A stretch of DNA of 59,216 bases, taken from NCBI RefSeq assembly GCF_001194135.2, contig NC_068988.1, positions 62,948,103 to 63,007,318 of the forward strand, written 5' to 3'. Position 1 is the first letter of the stretch; each line of letters begins with the position of its first letter. Source of the stretch: Octopus bimaculoides. Lineage: Eukaryota. The notes under the pieces were generated by a model. It saw only the letters and a list, made by a program, of their open reading frames with translations. It ran no database searches and was not told the origin of the DNA. A program made the position numbers and the translations under genes. Below, in pieces: positions 39,324 through 52,760 of this stretch.

Positions 39324-39510
39324 TTAGCACGCCGTCTCTCTTTCGTCTCTCTTTACGTTCTCAGTTCAAATTCCACTGAGGTCGACTTTGCCTTACATTC
39401 TTTCGGAGTCAATAAATTAAGTAACAGTTGGGTGCTGGGGTCGATCTAATCGACTGGCCCACTCCCGCAAAATTTCCGGCCTTGTACCTGGAGTAGAAAA
39501 TAATATCATT
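39324..39510 (+). mobile_element. SINE family B, 5'-clipped, tail type 2
   Basis: Repeats the core of the preceding copy and ends ggccttgtacctggagtagaaaataatat. Confidence 0.9.
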
Positions 39511-40278
39511 AGTTGAAATTCTACAGGGGTTCCGTTTTGTTACTGATGTACGCAAAAGAGTCAATGAGTCTGCTCTGTGATGTACTGAATTTCAGATTAA
39601 TTTAGAATTTCATTTCATGATCTATTATTTATATCCCTTTCTGAAAGCAGTTATTTTTCACAAAGAATTACTAGTTTTCATGATATATTAAGGGTTCAAA
39701 TCAAATTGTAGAATTTGCAAATAGCAGATTTTTTATCCATTACCATTTAGTGAAGCTCTTAATAATGACTCCCACTTTGAACAGCTAATATATTCAGCCC
39801 AGTATTTTACTTAGACCTCTGTCTTACAACCAAGGTTGTATTTGTTAGAAAGCATCCGTTTTTTAAAACCATTACAAACTTTCTTTTACTATTGCATGCA
39901 TTAATTTCAGTCACAGTGTAGAAAAGGTCGTCTGGTATATTCACACTGACACATCTATTTAACACCTTCACGAATTATATCACAAGATTTCAGAAATCTA
40001 ATTTTTATATATCACGTGGTATGGGCCGACATATGACATAAAACAAGTAAGAAAGACTATGTATAATTGCAAATTGGTTTCCCAAAATATGCACGTATGA
40101 AGGAAATAATTCAAACTAGTTTAGAAACCATCACATCGAAGTTATATCTAGAATCATCTATTTGTTTCTCCTATAACAAAATTTATGCCGCCGAGTGGAA
40201 ATTTTGCTCACAGACAATTTCACATTTCACACATCAGCTTTCTACCAAACTGCCATATGTGCTCTCTCTGTCTCTGTC

Positions 40279-40368
<90 letters not shown>

Positions 40369-40882
40369 TAAGAAAACGCATAAATTTACATATGTGCATG
40401 GACACACACACGCACGCCTGTGTTCCTTTCTGCGTATGTATAGAGTGAGAGACAGAGACGCCGAAAGCGATAAAGCGTTGCATATATTCATACACCTGTG
40501 CACGTAAGCAAATATGAATACACACATAGACACATACTGACGCACACACACACACACACACACACCCCTCCCACACACACAAACACACTGACAAAGATAT
40601 AAGAAGCTGTACACGTATTTGTACGTGCATGCTTTCATATGTGGAAGTATGTTTTATATGTTCACTTGGTAGCACTCAATAGCTTGTTTCCTAACTCTAG
40701 ATTGTTCTTGTAATGTCTCAGAAACCTACGATTTTGCTAGTAGTTACACAACTCTTAAGTTTTTATATATAATTTCATTTTTCACTAATGGGTGTATATA
40801 TATGCATACATACGCACATACATACATACATACATAATTCCATATATACATACATATATATATATATACATACATATACATA

Positions 40883-40921
<39 letters not shown>

Positions 40922-41829
40922 NNNNNNNNNNNNNNNNNNNNNNNNNNNNNNNNNNNNNNNNNNNNNNNNNNNNNNNNNNNNNNNNNNNNNNNNNNNNNNN
41001 NNNNNNNNNNNNNNNNNNNNNNNNNNNNNNNNNNNNNNNNNNNNNNNNNNNNNNNNNNNNNNNNNNNNNNNNNNNNNNNNNNNNNNNNNNNNNNNNNNNN
41101 NNNNNNNNNNNNNNNNNNNNNNNNNNNNNNNNNNNNNNNNNNNNNNNNNNNNNNNNNNNNNNNNNNNNNNNNNNNNNNNNNNNNNNNNNNNNNNNNNNNN
41201 NNNNNNNNNNNNNNNNNNNNNNNNNNNNNNNNNNNNNNNNNNNNNNNNNNNNNNNNNNNNNNNNNNNNNNNNNNNNNNNNNNNNNNNNNNNNNNNNNNNN
41301 NNNNNNNNNNNNNNNNNNNNNNNNNNNNNNNNNNNNNNNNNNNNNNNNNNNNNNNNNNNNNNNNNNNNNNNNNNNNNNNNNNNNNNNNNNNNNNNNNNNN
41401 NNNNNNNNNNNNNNNNNNNNNNNNNNNNNNNNNNNNNNNNNNNNNNNNNNNNNNNNNNNNNNNNNNNNNNNNNNNNNNNNNNNNNNNNNNNNNNNNNNNN
41501 NNNNNNNNNNNNNNNNNNNNNNNNNNNNNNNNNNNNNNNNNNNNNNNNNNNNNNNNNNNNNNNNNNNNNNNNNNNNNNNNNNNNNNNNNNNNNNNNNNNN
41601 NNNNNNNNNNNNNNNNNNNNNNNNNNNNNNNNNNNNNNNNNNNNNNNNNNNNNNNNNNNNNNNNNNNNNNNNNNNNNNNNNNNNNNNNNNNNNNNNNNNN
41701 NNNNNNNNNNNNNNNNNNNNNNNNNNNNNNNNNNNNNNNNNNNNNNNNNNNNNNNNNNNNNNNNNNNNNNNNNNNNNNNNNNNNNNNNNNNNNNNNNNNN
41801 NNNNNNNNNNNNNNNNNNNNNNNNNNNNN

Positions 41830-41866
<37 letters not shown>

Positions 41867-42776
41867 ATATGTATATAGAGATATGCATACATTTATATAT
41901 AAGCACGTGCACTTACATATATAAACCGAATGTACTGCTTTCACTACCATCTAAAATCATATTAACAAATGAATTCTGGAAGATATAATAAACTTTATAT
42001 GGTACATGCTGAGATTTACACACTGGAAATCTTCATCTTTTTAATACATGAACTATCTGTTGAACACGTTAATAATTCCTATAAGTGACTTTATTTTCAG
42101 ATATAATAATCTGAGGTAAATCGATGGTATCAATGATATTTTCAATTCCTGGCAGTTTATAATCCGATCTACCTTATCGTCATACGAAATATTTCAGGAA
42201 ATTTATGAGATGTGGAATAAAATTAAATTCTAAAACGGAGACTAGACAAGAAATTGAAGATTTTTAGGTGTTGCTTTTATATTAGGTATTGATACAGTGA
42301 CTTTGGGAATGAAGCTAGGAGGAAAGTATTGTAAAATGTGTTGGCGTAACGTAGCAAAAGCGTAAAGCTACAGTCAGTCCAACATTATGTGAGGCTGTTT
42401 TATATCTACAGATTAAATAGCACATGGTGCAAGTATCTTGCGCAGATTATACAATAATTGTAAAGAATACAGAAGAAGCCTGTGAGATGTGGGACATTTG
42501 GACATGGCACTGAATAGGCTGAAACGAAAAGGTAAGAAACGCTTAAGTAATAGAAATTCTGAACGCCCAATGACATTTATTATGGTAAAAAAAGTCTGGA
42601 GTATCAGTAACTATCATTTAGGGCATATGCAGTTTGTCACGACCATACTGCCAAGAAGTGTTGAGGGAAAGATATTCATAACACAAGAGACCATTAAATA
42701 TGTATGTGGCCTGGTAACCTCAAACAATGGTCTGCCAACGAGGGCAAACAAAATATATGTATTATATATGTACAGG

Positions 42777-42838
<62 letters not shown>

Positions 42839-43741
42839 AATATTTATATACCTGTACATATATAATACATATATTTATATATATATGTGCGCGTGTGTTT
42901 GTGTGTAGGTGTAGCATATAGAACATGAGAAATAGATTAGTCAATATTAAATACAGATACTATACACTGTCAAACAGTTTGGAACATAAAATATAGGCTC
43001 ACTTCTTAGATCAAAGCCGCATCCTCTCAGCAGGTCATGTAAGCGGCTGCGTTTCGAACTTCTAGAAATAGTAGCAAACCTACCCGGAAATCACACCTCT
43101 CAAAGGAGATGTTAAGTTGTACAAAATGATTCGAGACTGTCTTTGCTTGGAAAGCAAGCATCAACACATTTCGAAATACATAACCCAGGCGGTTCAGATG
43201 CAGAGAGAAGAAAAGCCCATTTGATAATACTTATTAACATAGGAAAATAACAACACGCGATTTCCTCCAGGAACATTGCCAATACGGAAAATTCACAAGG
43301 TAGAAAACATTACAACGTTTTCTTTTATTAAAACTGTCATTGAGGTATACAATCGTTGAGGAGGATGTAAAAATCTGTAAATTATCAGTTGTCGGGAGGA
43401 TTATTCATACCTTAATATCCATAATACGCTGAAATTATAGCCAATACACCTAAACCCAGAATCGATCATCTTAATAGACATAATAAAGATATTAAATCAT
43501 AGGCAAAGTTAGCAGCACTGGCAATTTAACAACTGGGTGTTCCTTCTTCCATTAATAAGTTTAACATATAATCTACACGAAGCTACTCAAAGAGATAAAT
43601 TCAGAATTTTATCTCATTTTGAATTCACTATATTCTGATCACCAAATTATTAATGTCTCCCATCGCATGCTCACGGAGGATAAGCTTTTCAGTGGCTGCG
43701 ATTCCTTCCTCGAAAACCTGCCAAATATTTCTCGAAAATAC

Positions 43742-43850
43742 ACATGGTTTTGTGGTTAAGGTGGTTGTCTCATAAACATAAGTTCGTGGATTCGAATCTT
43801 CAATAAATGTGTGCGTTTTCTCAGTGAGAAAAGCGTTTAGTATCATTGCC
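43742..43850 (+). mobile_element. SINE family C head, decayed
   Basis: tggttttgtggttaagg...gttcgtggattcgaatc A/B-box-like motifs followed by non-tRNA sequence resembling 48510-48555. Confidence 0.55.
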
Positions 43851-43851
43851 A

Positions 43852-44050
43852 TACTTTCTACCATCAGCACAAGTCCTGAAATTTGGGCGACGGGGATAGT
43901 CGATTACATCGAGCCCAGTGCGTAACTGATACTTAGTTTATCGACCCCGAAAGGATGAAAGGTAAAGTAGGCTTCAGCGGAATTTGAACTCAGAACATAA
44001 CGACAGGAGAAATACGGCTAAGCATTTCGTCCAGTCTGCCAGCACTCCGC
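43852..44050 (-). mobile_element. SINE family B
   Basis: ttatcgaccccgaaaggatgaaaggtaaag...ggaatttgaactcagaac core. Confidence 0.88.
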
Positions 44051-44240
44051 TTTAATATCATTGCAATCTTGCCTCAGCTGTAAATGAATAGGAGACAGTT
44101 GCTACTGTAAACATTTCCTCTCCCAGCTGTTATAACATCTCTGATTCAATGACTCAACGGTCATTGACAATTCTGTGTATATTGTCTGATCATAGTCTCA
44201 TTAAAGCCATTATCAAAACTCTCCATTTTGTTCTACTTAC

Positions 44241-44324
44241 TGTCTAAACAAAACATGACCATATTCAAGTTCTGTGACATATCGGAATATCTCAGGCATA
44301 TCTTAAACAAGTAGCTTCAAATGC
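44241..44324 (-). other. Candidate exon with strong splice sites (84 nt), possibly UTR plus start codon
   Basis: tttattgttattccag|gcatttg...gtttagaca|gtaagt. All frames are closed near the 5' end, but ATG at 44299 opens MPEIFRYVTELEYGHVLFR up to the donor. Confidence 0.22.
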
Positions 44325-44904
44325 CTGGAATAACAATAAACATAGATCGAAACTCTGTTCGTATTGTACTTTACAGAAGTAGAGAAGACGCAGCAGCTTC
44401 AGAACAAACTCAAATAATTCATATAAGACAGATTGACTTACAAGTCAGTATATGTATACATGTGTATATACATACACGTGCACACACACGCGCACACATA
44501 TATACATCATACATACATATGTGTGTGTATATATATATATATGTATATATATANNNNNNNNNNNNNNNNNNNNNNNNNNNNNNNNNNNNNNNNNNNNNNN
44601 NNNNNNNNNNNNNNNNNNNNNNNNNNNNNNNNNNNNNNNNNNNNNNNNNNNNNNNNNNNNNNNNNNNNNNNNNNNNNNNNNNNNNNNNNNNNNNNNNNNN
44701 NNNNNNNNNNNNNNNNNNNNNNNNNNNNNNNNNNNNNNNNNNNNNNNNNNNNNNNNNNNNNNNNNNNNNNNNNNNNNNNNNNNNNNNNNNNNNNNNNNNN
44801 NNNNNNNNNNNNNNNNNNNNNNNNNNNNNNNNNNNNNNNNNNNNNNNNNNNNNNNNNNNNNNNNNNNNNNNNNNNNNNNNNNNATATATATATATATATA
44901 ATTG

Positions 44905-45055
44905 TTCTTTCAATGTCCCTCAACCAACCGAATCGACTTACACGACTTTGGTTGAACATGACTACAGAAAAAGTTTACCCATGTTGCCTCGCAGTGGGTC
45001 CGAACCCGAAACCATATTCTTGGGGAGCAACCATCTTACCACGACACCGATAATG
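44905..45055 (-). mobile_element. SINE family A head, decayed
   Basis: cgcagtgggtccgaacccgaaaccat...atcttaccacgac parallels 46185-46240. Confidence 0.7.
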
Positions 45056-45655
45056 CACACCTCTTTATGGTTCGATAAACTAAGTACCAGTTACGCACTG
45101 GGTCGATACAAAATATAATCATATAAATTGATTTGAGAAAACAGTGTGAAATTATTTACGTAACATTTACAAGTATCTCCACAGCATTGTCCTAAAAGCA
45201 TTTCCTTCTCTTTGCTCTATCATATGAAATTATTCGCAAATAATTTACTGTTCTAATGCGTGAAACTCTGGGCACTTGAGTCACTCTGAATCTTCTAACG
45301 ATTATTGATATTGGATTGAAATTTTAGCTCATCATAAGCAATTTGGGAGATGATATTTAGTCGATTTCGTCGTCCACAGTGGCCAACTGGCATCTATATC
45401 ATCAACTACGAAATAATGGAAATGCAAATTCGATCTTGTTAGCATTTGAACCCAAAACGTAAAGATGGGCTAAATGAAACTACAAGCTGGCCGCTTTCTG
45501 CAGGATTTTAATGATAAAACATATTTATGTGCACGTGTGTCTGAATGTGTGTATGTGATTGTGTGTGCGCGCGTGTGTGCGTGTATACGCATGCATTTGA
45601 GTTCTATTTTGTTATTTCCATCAACACAGTCACACGTACTCAAACACACACACAT

Positions 45656-45705
<50 letters not shown>

Positions 45706-46090
45706 GTATATATATATATATATATATATNNNNNNNNNNNNNNNNNNNNNNNNNNNNNNNNNNNNNNNNNNNNNNNNNNNNNNNNNNNNNNNNNNNNNNN
45801 NNNNNNNNNNNNNNNNNNNNNNNNNNNNNNNNNNNNNNNNNNNNNNNNNNNNNNNNNNNNNNNNNNNNNNNNNNNNNNNNNNNNNNNNNNNNNNNNNNNN
45901 NNNNNNNNNNNNNNNNNNNNNNNNNNNNNNNNNNNNNNNNNNNNNNNNNNNNNNNNNNNNNNNNNNNNNNNNNNNNNNNNNNNNNNNNNNNNNNNNNNNN
46001 NNNNNNNNNNNNNNNNNNNNNNNNNNNNNNNNNNNNNNNNNNNNNNNNNNNNNNNNNNNNNNNNNNNATATATATATATATATATATATA

Positions 46091-46246
46091 TACGACGGGC
46101 TTCTTTCAGTTTCCATCTACCAAATCCACTCACAAGGCTTTGGTCAGCCCGAGGCTATAGTAGAAGACACGTGCCCAAGGTGCTACGCAGTGGGACTGAA
46201 CCCAGAACCATGTGGTTGTTAAGCAAGCTACTTATCACACACCCAC
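46091..46246 (-). mobile_element. SINE family A head abutting (TA)n and a gap
   Basis: tacgacgggcttctttcagtttccatctaccaaatccactcacaaggctttggtc; near-identical to the 35406 copy. Confidence 0.9.
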
Positions 46247-46990
46247 ATATATATAATTACGCATACATACATATTTGAATACACTTATATATACATAAAA
46301 AAAAAATTAGATGAGAGACAGAAATGGTGCTTATACGATGTGTCTATATGATTTTGTTGAATCGGTGTAAAATGAAAACACCAACAACAACAAAAAAACA
46401 TTGTCTCTTAGTCTTGTGGAATAAATTCTAATATTCCAGAAATTAGTCATTTACGAAATTATTTCCCATTGTTACGATTGAACATTTTAAAGAATTGATA
46501 ATGCATTGCCTCAATATCATTGACAATATACTTGTTTGGGAAACAGATGTGACACCTAAGAATTTATTCTTAGTAGTTCATATTTTTAGGAAATTTCCTT
46601 CGTTTTCTTTGTGTTCCTAACGATCTATCTTGTACGTGACTGTCGCAGAGATGATATTACTACTATTACTACAACTATAAAATCAGTGTCTCTACGTGAC
46701 TAACAAATACACGCACCTGGTGGTCTTACGAATTGCTAACACACTGTTGCATGGTAACTAATTCTACGTGGCTGATGCAGTATTGTAGTTGCAAGAAAAA
46801 CGGTTTTATGCAACAGTTGCTAGGTGTGTGACAGTTGCCGGTTGCCAAGGCAAAAATAATGTTTTTTTTTCCTCAATGTTATCATGTATGACAATGTTGT
46901 AACTTATTACTGCTTACTGCCTCATAGTAACCGTTACACTACGACAGAGTTATATGTATTTCTATTTATTTTATATCTACACACACACAC

Positions 46991-47034
<44 letters not shown>

Positions 47035-47560
47035 NNNNNNNNNNNNNNNNNNNNNNNNNNNNNNNNNNNNNNNNNNNNNNNNNNNNNNNNNNNNNNNNNN
47101 NNNNNNNNNNNNNNNNNNNNNNNNNNNNNNNNNNNNNNNNNNNNNNNNNNNNNNNNNNNNNNNNNNNNNNNNNNNNNNNNNNNNNNNNNNNNNNNNNNNN
47201 NNNNNNNNNNNNNNNNNNNNNNNNNNNNNNNNNNNNNNNNNNNNNNNNNNNNNNNNNNNNNNNNNNNNNNNNNNNNNNNNNNNNNNNNNNNNNNNNNNNN
47301 NNNNNNNNNNNNNNNNNNNNNNNNNNNNNNNNNNNNNNNNNNNNNNNNNNNNNNNNNNNNNNNNNNNNNNNNNNNNNNNNNNNNNNNNNNNNNNNNNNNN
47401 NNNNNNNNNNNNNNNNNNNNNNNNNNNNNNNNNNNNNNTATATATATAGGTGTGTGTGTGTGCGTGCGTATAAATATATATACATATACACATTTATATA
47501 CGTATGTATATGTATTTGCGCGTATACTGATATATATGTGCATATATATACTGATATATA

Positions 47561-47596
<36 letters not shown>

Positions 47597-47684
47597 GAGA
47601 GAGAGAGAAATAGAGATGTACATTATAGATATATATATATTTATATATGTTGATATGTGTGTGTGTGCGTTTGTGAGTATGTGC

Positions 47685-47895
47685 GTCAGTGTTGCTAAGT
47701 CACTAATAATTCGGTAGTTCTACGTCACTGTTGCTATGCGACTGTTGCTACCTGACTTATGTCAACCGCCTCGCCTGCTATATTGTATATCTTGCAGCAG
47801 TTCATGGTTGTTGCGTCACTGTTGCTAGGTCACTGTTCAGCCGGAATTTCTCTGTCATCGTTACTACGACACTATTGCTCGAAGTCAGTTATTTG
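47685..47895. repeat. Degenerate 14-bp repeat GTCACTGTTGCTAN
   Basis: gtcagtgttgctaa, gtcactgttgctat, gcgactgttgctac, gtcactgttgctag, gtcactgttcagcc, gtcatcgttactac, gacactattgctcg. Confidence 0.8.
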
Positions 47896-48429
47896 ATGTT
47901 TCTGCTTACTCTCGTTTGATGTTCTATTGCTTTCATCATATTGCATGATGAATAGACACGTCACAGATAACCCGTATCAGAATATAATGTAAGAGAGATT
48001 CAGGGCGAACGGCAGCAACAACAAGGAATAAAACAACGGCCAAAATTATGACTGTAATGTAAGACAGAATTGGGAAAATAATTCAGGGAAGATATAGTCT
48101 GAGAAAGGAGGTGAATCCGAGAAATGAACAGTAGGTATAGAGTTAGATTGATATATTGATAATTTTAATTGTAAGATATTGGCTGTCAATATTAGGGCTA
48201 GATTATATAGTTCTTCACATTTTTATTTTATATATGTCTATAAGACACTAAAAGGACGGATACAAAAATATGTCAAAATAGAGTATCGGATATTCGTTTT
48301 GTTGTATATTCATTTTAAAAGATGAGATATGATTGATATAAAAATATTTGTGTGTGTGTGGTGGGGTATACCTATATACATATTTAGTTATCTATGTTTG
48401 AGTGTATGTATACATGTGTGTATGTGTGT

Positions 48430-48575
48430 GCGAAGGCGCTTGACCTTGGGGAGAGTACGGTCACCAGGGGAGAGAGATCACCAGGTCGAGGGTTCATTTC
48501 CCGCACAGAGCACCACGCTCTGTTCTTGAGAAAACAATTCATTTCACATTGTTCCAGGAAATTGGTAGCTCTGCG
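48430..48575 (+). mobile_element. SINE family C, decayed
   Basis: gcgaaggcgcttgacc...ggtcgagggttcatttccc...tgttcttgagaaaacaattcatttcacattgttccag. Confidence 0.6.
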
Positions 48576-48715
48576 ATAAGCTTACCTTCCAATTAGGATA
48601 AATGTTGAGCTTCTCTCCTAACAAGCTGGGTAGCATCATTAGAATGCTAAAGCGGTGCAAAATAATGTATAACATCACCGAGTCTCGGCGAGAAGGGCTT
48701 ATACATACATATATA

Positions 48716-48763
<48 letters not shown>

Positions 48764-51170
48764 CACACACACATACACACACACACACANNNNNNNNNNN
48801 NNNNNNNNNNNNNNNNNNNNNNNNNNNNNNNNNNNNNNNNNNNNNNNNNNNNNNNNNNNNNNNNNNNNNNNNNNNNNNNNNNNNNNNNNNNNNNNNNNNN
48901 NNNNNNNNNNNNNNNNNNNNNNNNNNNNNNNNNNNNNNNNNNNNNNNNNNNNNNNNNNNNNNNNNNNNNNNNNNNNNNNNNNNNNNNNNNNNNNNNNNNN
49001 NNNNNNNNNNNNNNNNNNNNNNNNNNNNNNNNNNNNNNNNNNNNNNNNNNNNNNNNNNNNNNNNNNNNNNNNNNNNNNNNNNNNNNNNNNNNNNNNNNNN
49101 NNNNNNNNNNNNNNNNNNNNNNNNNNNNNNNNNNNNNNNNNNNNNNNNNNNNNNNNNNNNNNNNNNNNNNNNNNNNNNNNNNNNNNNNNNNNNNNNNNNN
49201 NNNNNNNNNNNNNNNNNNNNNNNNNNNNNNNNNNNNNNNNNNNNNNNNNNNNNNNNNNNNNNNNNNNNNNNNNNNNNNNNNNNNNNNNNNNNNNNNNNNN
49301 NNNNNNNNNNNNNNNNNNNNNNNNNNNNNNNNNNNNNNNNNNNNNNNNNNNNNNNNNNNNNNNNNNNNNNNNNNNNNNNNNNNNNNNNNNNNNNNNNNNN
49401 NNNNNNNNNNNNNNNNNNNNNNNNNNNNNNNNNNNNNNNNNNNNNNNNNNNNNNNNNNNNNNNNNNNNNNNNNNNNNNNNNNNNNNNNNNNNNNNNNNNN
49501 NNNNNNNNNNNNNNNNNNNNNNNNNNNNNNNNNNNNNNNNNNNNNNNNNNNNNNNNNNNNNNNNNNNNNNNNNNNNNNNNNNNNNNNNNNNNNNNNNNNN
49601 NNNNNNNNNNNNNNNNNNNNNNNNNNNNNNNNNNNNNNNNNNNNNNNNNNNNNNNNNNNNNNNNNNNNNNNNNNNNNNNNNNNNNNNNNNNNNNNNNNNN
49701 NNNNNNNNNNNNNNNNNNNNNNNNNNNNNNNNNNNNNNNNNNNNNNNNNNNNNNNNNNNNNNNNNNNNGTGTATATATATATGGTGGCGTTGCTGTTTCC
49801 AAAGTTTTTTTTCGTTTCTACTTTAATAACTTTACTCCCGTTATGTGTGTATCACTCAAGTTTTAGGTAATTGTTGTTTCTTCTTAGTTGTATGGTGAAA
49901 CTAGCTTGCTGTTGTGATTGATGTATTATAACTGCTTCAGATGATTCCTGCTTTTAAAGGGTTTATTTTAAATCATATGGCTGTGTTATTTTTTATATCT
50001 TATCCCTTGTTGCAAATCTATGCATTGGGCCCTATAGTATTTATATATTGACAGCAAGCCAGAACTTACACGAGGCCTCAGTTGATCCCCACATTCTACG
50101 GAGTTGTCAACCATATTTGAAATAATAACCCTTGGTTATTATTTCATTGTGCTAGACCCCCATAGCTATTTGATGTTTAGAATGTAGTTTTATAGATACG
50201 TCTTGCAATATTCTTATTTTGCTTTTCACACATCAAATTGTGTAGGTCGTACTAAGTAAAATCTTCGAGAAGCGACTTAGTTGTGTCTTGCACTACATTC
50301 CAATATATATACAACTGATGCAACAATTTTCGGGGTCTTTAAAATATTATTGGGAATCCCCATTTCACTCTTTTATTGTGTGACCCCAGAAAATCCTATA
50401 TGAACCTTCTAGGGCTATTTCCGCCCCGGTTGAGACTACTGCCTTCGACTCTTGAGGTTCTGGGGTCATTATCCGTGTTCCCACACCGTAAGACTGACCC
50501 GAAAATTGAATTATCTGGAATGCCATATATTATAGAAGCAAGAGCATGACTCTAGGTCAGAGAGTTTCCTGGGTCGACACACGTCCGAAAGTCTAGGATC
50601 CTCGGATACATTGTTGCTTCTGCTAAATATTAAAAAAAGTATACATATACCCATATTTTGAGTTCTACATGTTCTTGTTTGCACCAGCATACATGTGTGA
50701 GTGTGAGTGTGTGTGCGTGTGTGTGCGCGTGTGTGTGTCTGTGTCTGTGTGTGTCTGTGTGTCTGTGTGTCTGTGTGTGCTGTTGACGTCTTTCGTGTGG
50801 TTTCGGTGCCTTATTTTGAAAACATTAAACTTTTATATAATTATTTTCGGATGTAAACCTTGAAAGTATTATCAATTACTAAATAATTATTTTTATCCTA
50901 CAATTCAATATCATGTCACATCATATGTATATATAACCTTTGGAATGCATGCCATGACGATGCATATATTACACTACATTCCCTGCTCATTTCTGTTACA
51001 ATACCTCCATTTTGACAACCAGCCTCACTTTTCATTCCGTAATGATCATATCGCTGTATATGGAATAATAAAACATACAATATATACGATATTTGTCAGC
51101 CAATTGTAACCAATTGTTTAAACCATGGAATAAACGTAATACTAGATACAGCATTATTCACTTCTACGTG

Positions 51171-51220
<50 letters not shown>

Positions 51221-51391
51221 NNNNNNNNNNNNNNNNNNNNNNNNNNNNNNNNNNNNNNNNNNNNNNNNNNNNNNNNNNNNNNNNNNNNNNNNNNNNNNNN
51301 NNNNNNNNNNNNNNNNNNNNNNNNNNNNNNNNNNNNNNNNNNNNNNNNNNNNNNNNNNNNNNNNNNNNNNNNNNNNNNNNNNNNNNNNNNN

Positions 51392-51435
<44 letters not shown>

Positions 51436-51469
51436 TCCTAAACATATGACATATCCAAATATAGATAGA

Positions 51470-51503
<34 letters not shown>

Positions 51504-52100
51504 AATAGGTAGAATATCTCAGCATAATAGAGATATTTCTTTGTACGTTATACGACGATGTGTTCTCAATCTATTGGACAAAATGTTTCCTCACACACTC
51601 TCGTGTACTTAGAAGCTCCTTTTCTTCCCACAGATATCGAGAGGTTTTATGAGTGTGATATACAATTTTATTTTCTCCTTGATGTAATGGATACCATTAA
51701 AGAAGCTACCAATGAAATTATAGCTTTTAAATTCGCTCCTCAAATAAACTAAGGTATTATCAATAATGAAATTACAGTCTCAATATTTAGTATTCCAATA
51801 AGATGGTTTGTATGTTTATGTCATTTTGTCAGATAGGTAAATACATAATCTAGTCGTGGGAATCCTATTGACAAAGGCCTGACCTGCATTCATTCCAATT
51901 GATTATGGGAATTTGTAATAGAGGTTCGAAGAAACACATTTTTCTCATCTTTCGTTGCAGGTGTAAGAGAACATAAACTTTAGATTAACATTTCCATATC
52001 GACGTTGCACATTCAATAATGATGAACTGATGATGTTTTTGATAAAAATGTATTTTTGAGACACTTTATTGCGGTCGAGCAAGATACGGTACAATCAGAT

Positions 52101-52396
52101 GCTATGTGGTAAGATATTTGCTTCCCAAACAGAGGGTTCCGGGTTCGGTCCCACTGAGTGATTCCATGGGCAACTTTCCTGTGATAAAGCATCTGGCAGA
52201 TCGAAGCCTTATGAGTGGATGCTGAAGGTGGAAACTGAAACGAGCGTGAGGTATCTTTGAATGTCCCTCACCATCACTTGACAAACGGTGGCGGAATACG
52301 GGGTGGGGGTCAATTACATCAACTAAAATTTTATTTTCATTGCGGTACTCCAGCTTGGCAGTAGTCTAATAACTGAAACAGCTAAAAAATAAAAGA
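52101..52396 (+). mobile_element. SINE family A, head plus tail
   Basis: gctatgtggtaagatatttgcttcccaa...ggttccgggttcggtcccactg head; ccatcacttgacaaacggtg...gcggtactccag tail. Confidence 0.8.
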
Positions 52397-52489
52397 TATC
52401 TACATATTTCAATACTTATACACACATAATCGCACACACAAACACGAAAACATTCAAATATACAATATAAATCACACATACAAAGGCTG

Positions 52490-52760
52490 TTCTGTGAATG
52501 ACCACATTTTGCCACCAAGTAGTTGCGATTTACGTCCTTCGGTGGGTCATGTTGGAAAGTTACTTTTACCAGTGCCATAGGGTAACCAAAGACTTGTCAA
52601 TGAATTCCGTGCACGGAAACTGTGAGGAATCCGTACTTACCTATCTCACCGCTTGGCAGGTAACGCTGGCTTGTTTAACAGACATTGAGAAACAGATAAT
52701 GGAGTGCATTTTTTCAATAAAAATCCTACAATGCAGTGCCCCAGTATAGTCATAGTTCAA
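52490..52760 (+). mobile_element. Family-A-related SINE variant, decayed
   Basis: ccaaagacttgtcaatgaattccgtgcacggaaactgtgaggaatccg and gcagtgccccagtatagtcatagttcaatg resemble family A blocks. Confidence 0.45.

Noticed and set aside
42412-42531. Plus-strand 120-nt segment with acceptor and gtaaga donor
   Set aside because: Stops in all three frames.
43742-43805. tRNA-Met-like segment (gtctcataa...gttcgtggattcgaatc)
   Set aside because: No acceptor or anticodon stem pairing, and it continues into SINE family C body sequence. It is a SINE head, not a tRNA gene.
48586-48646. Minus-strand 61-nt exon candidate with strong splice sites (ILMMLPSLLGEKLNIYPNWK)
   Set aside because: Joining it to 44324 gives a stop. 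It could be a UTR exon but is unsupported.
50381-50468. 11-bp perfect inverted repeat tgaccccagaa / ttctggggtca
   Set aside because: Too short, with no TSD or second copy in the window.
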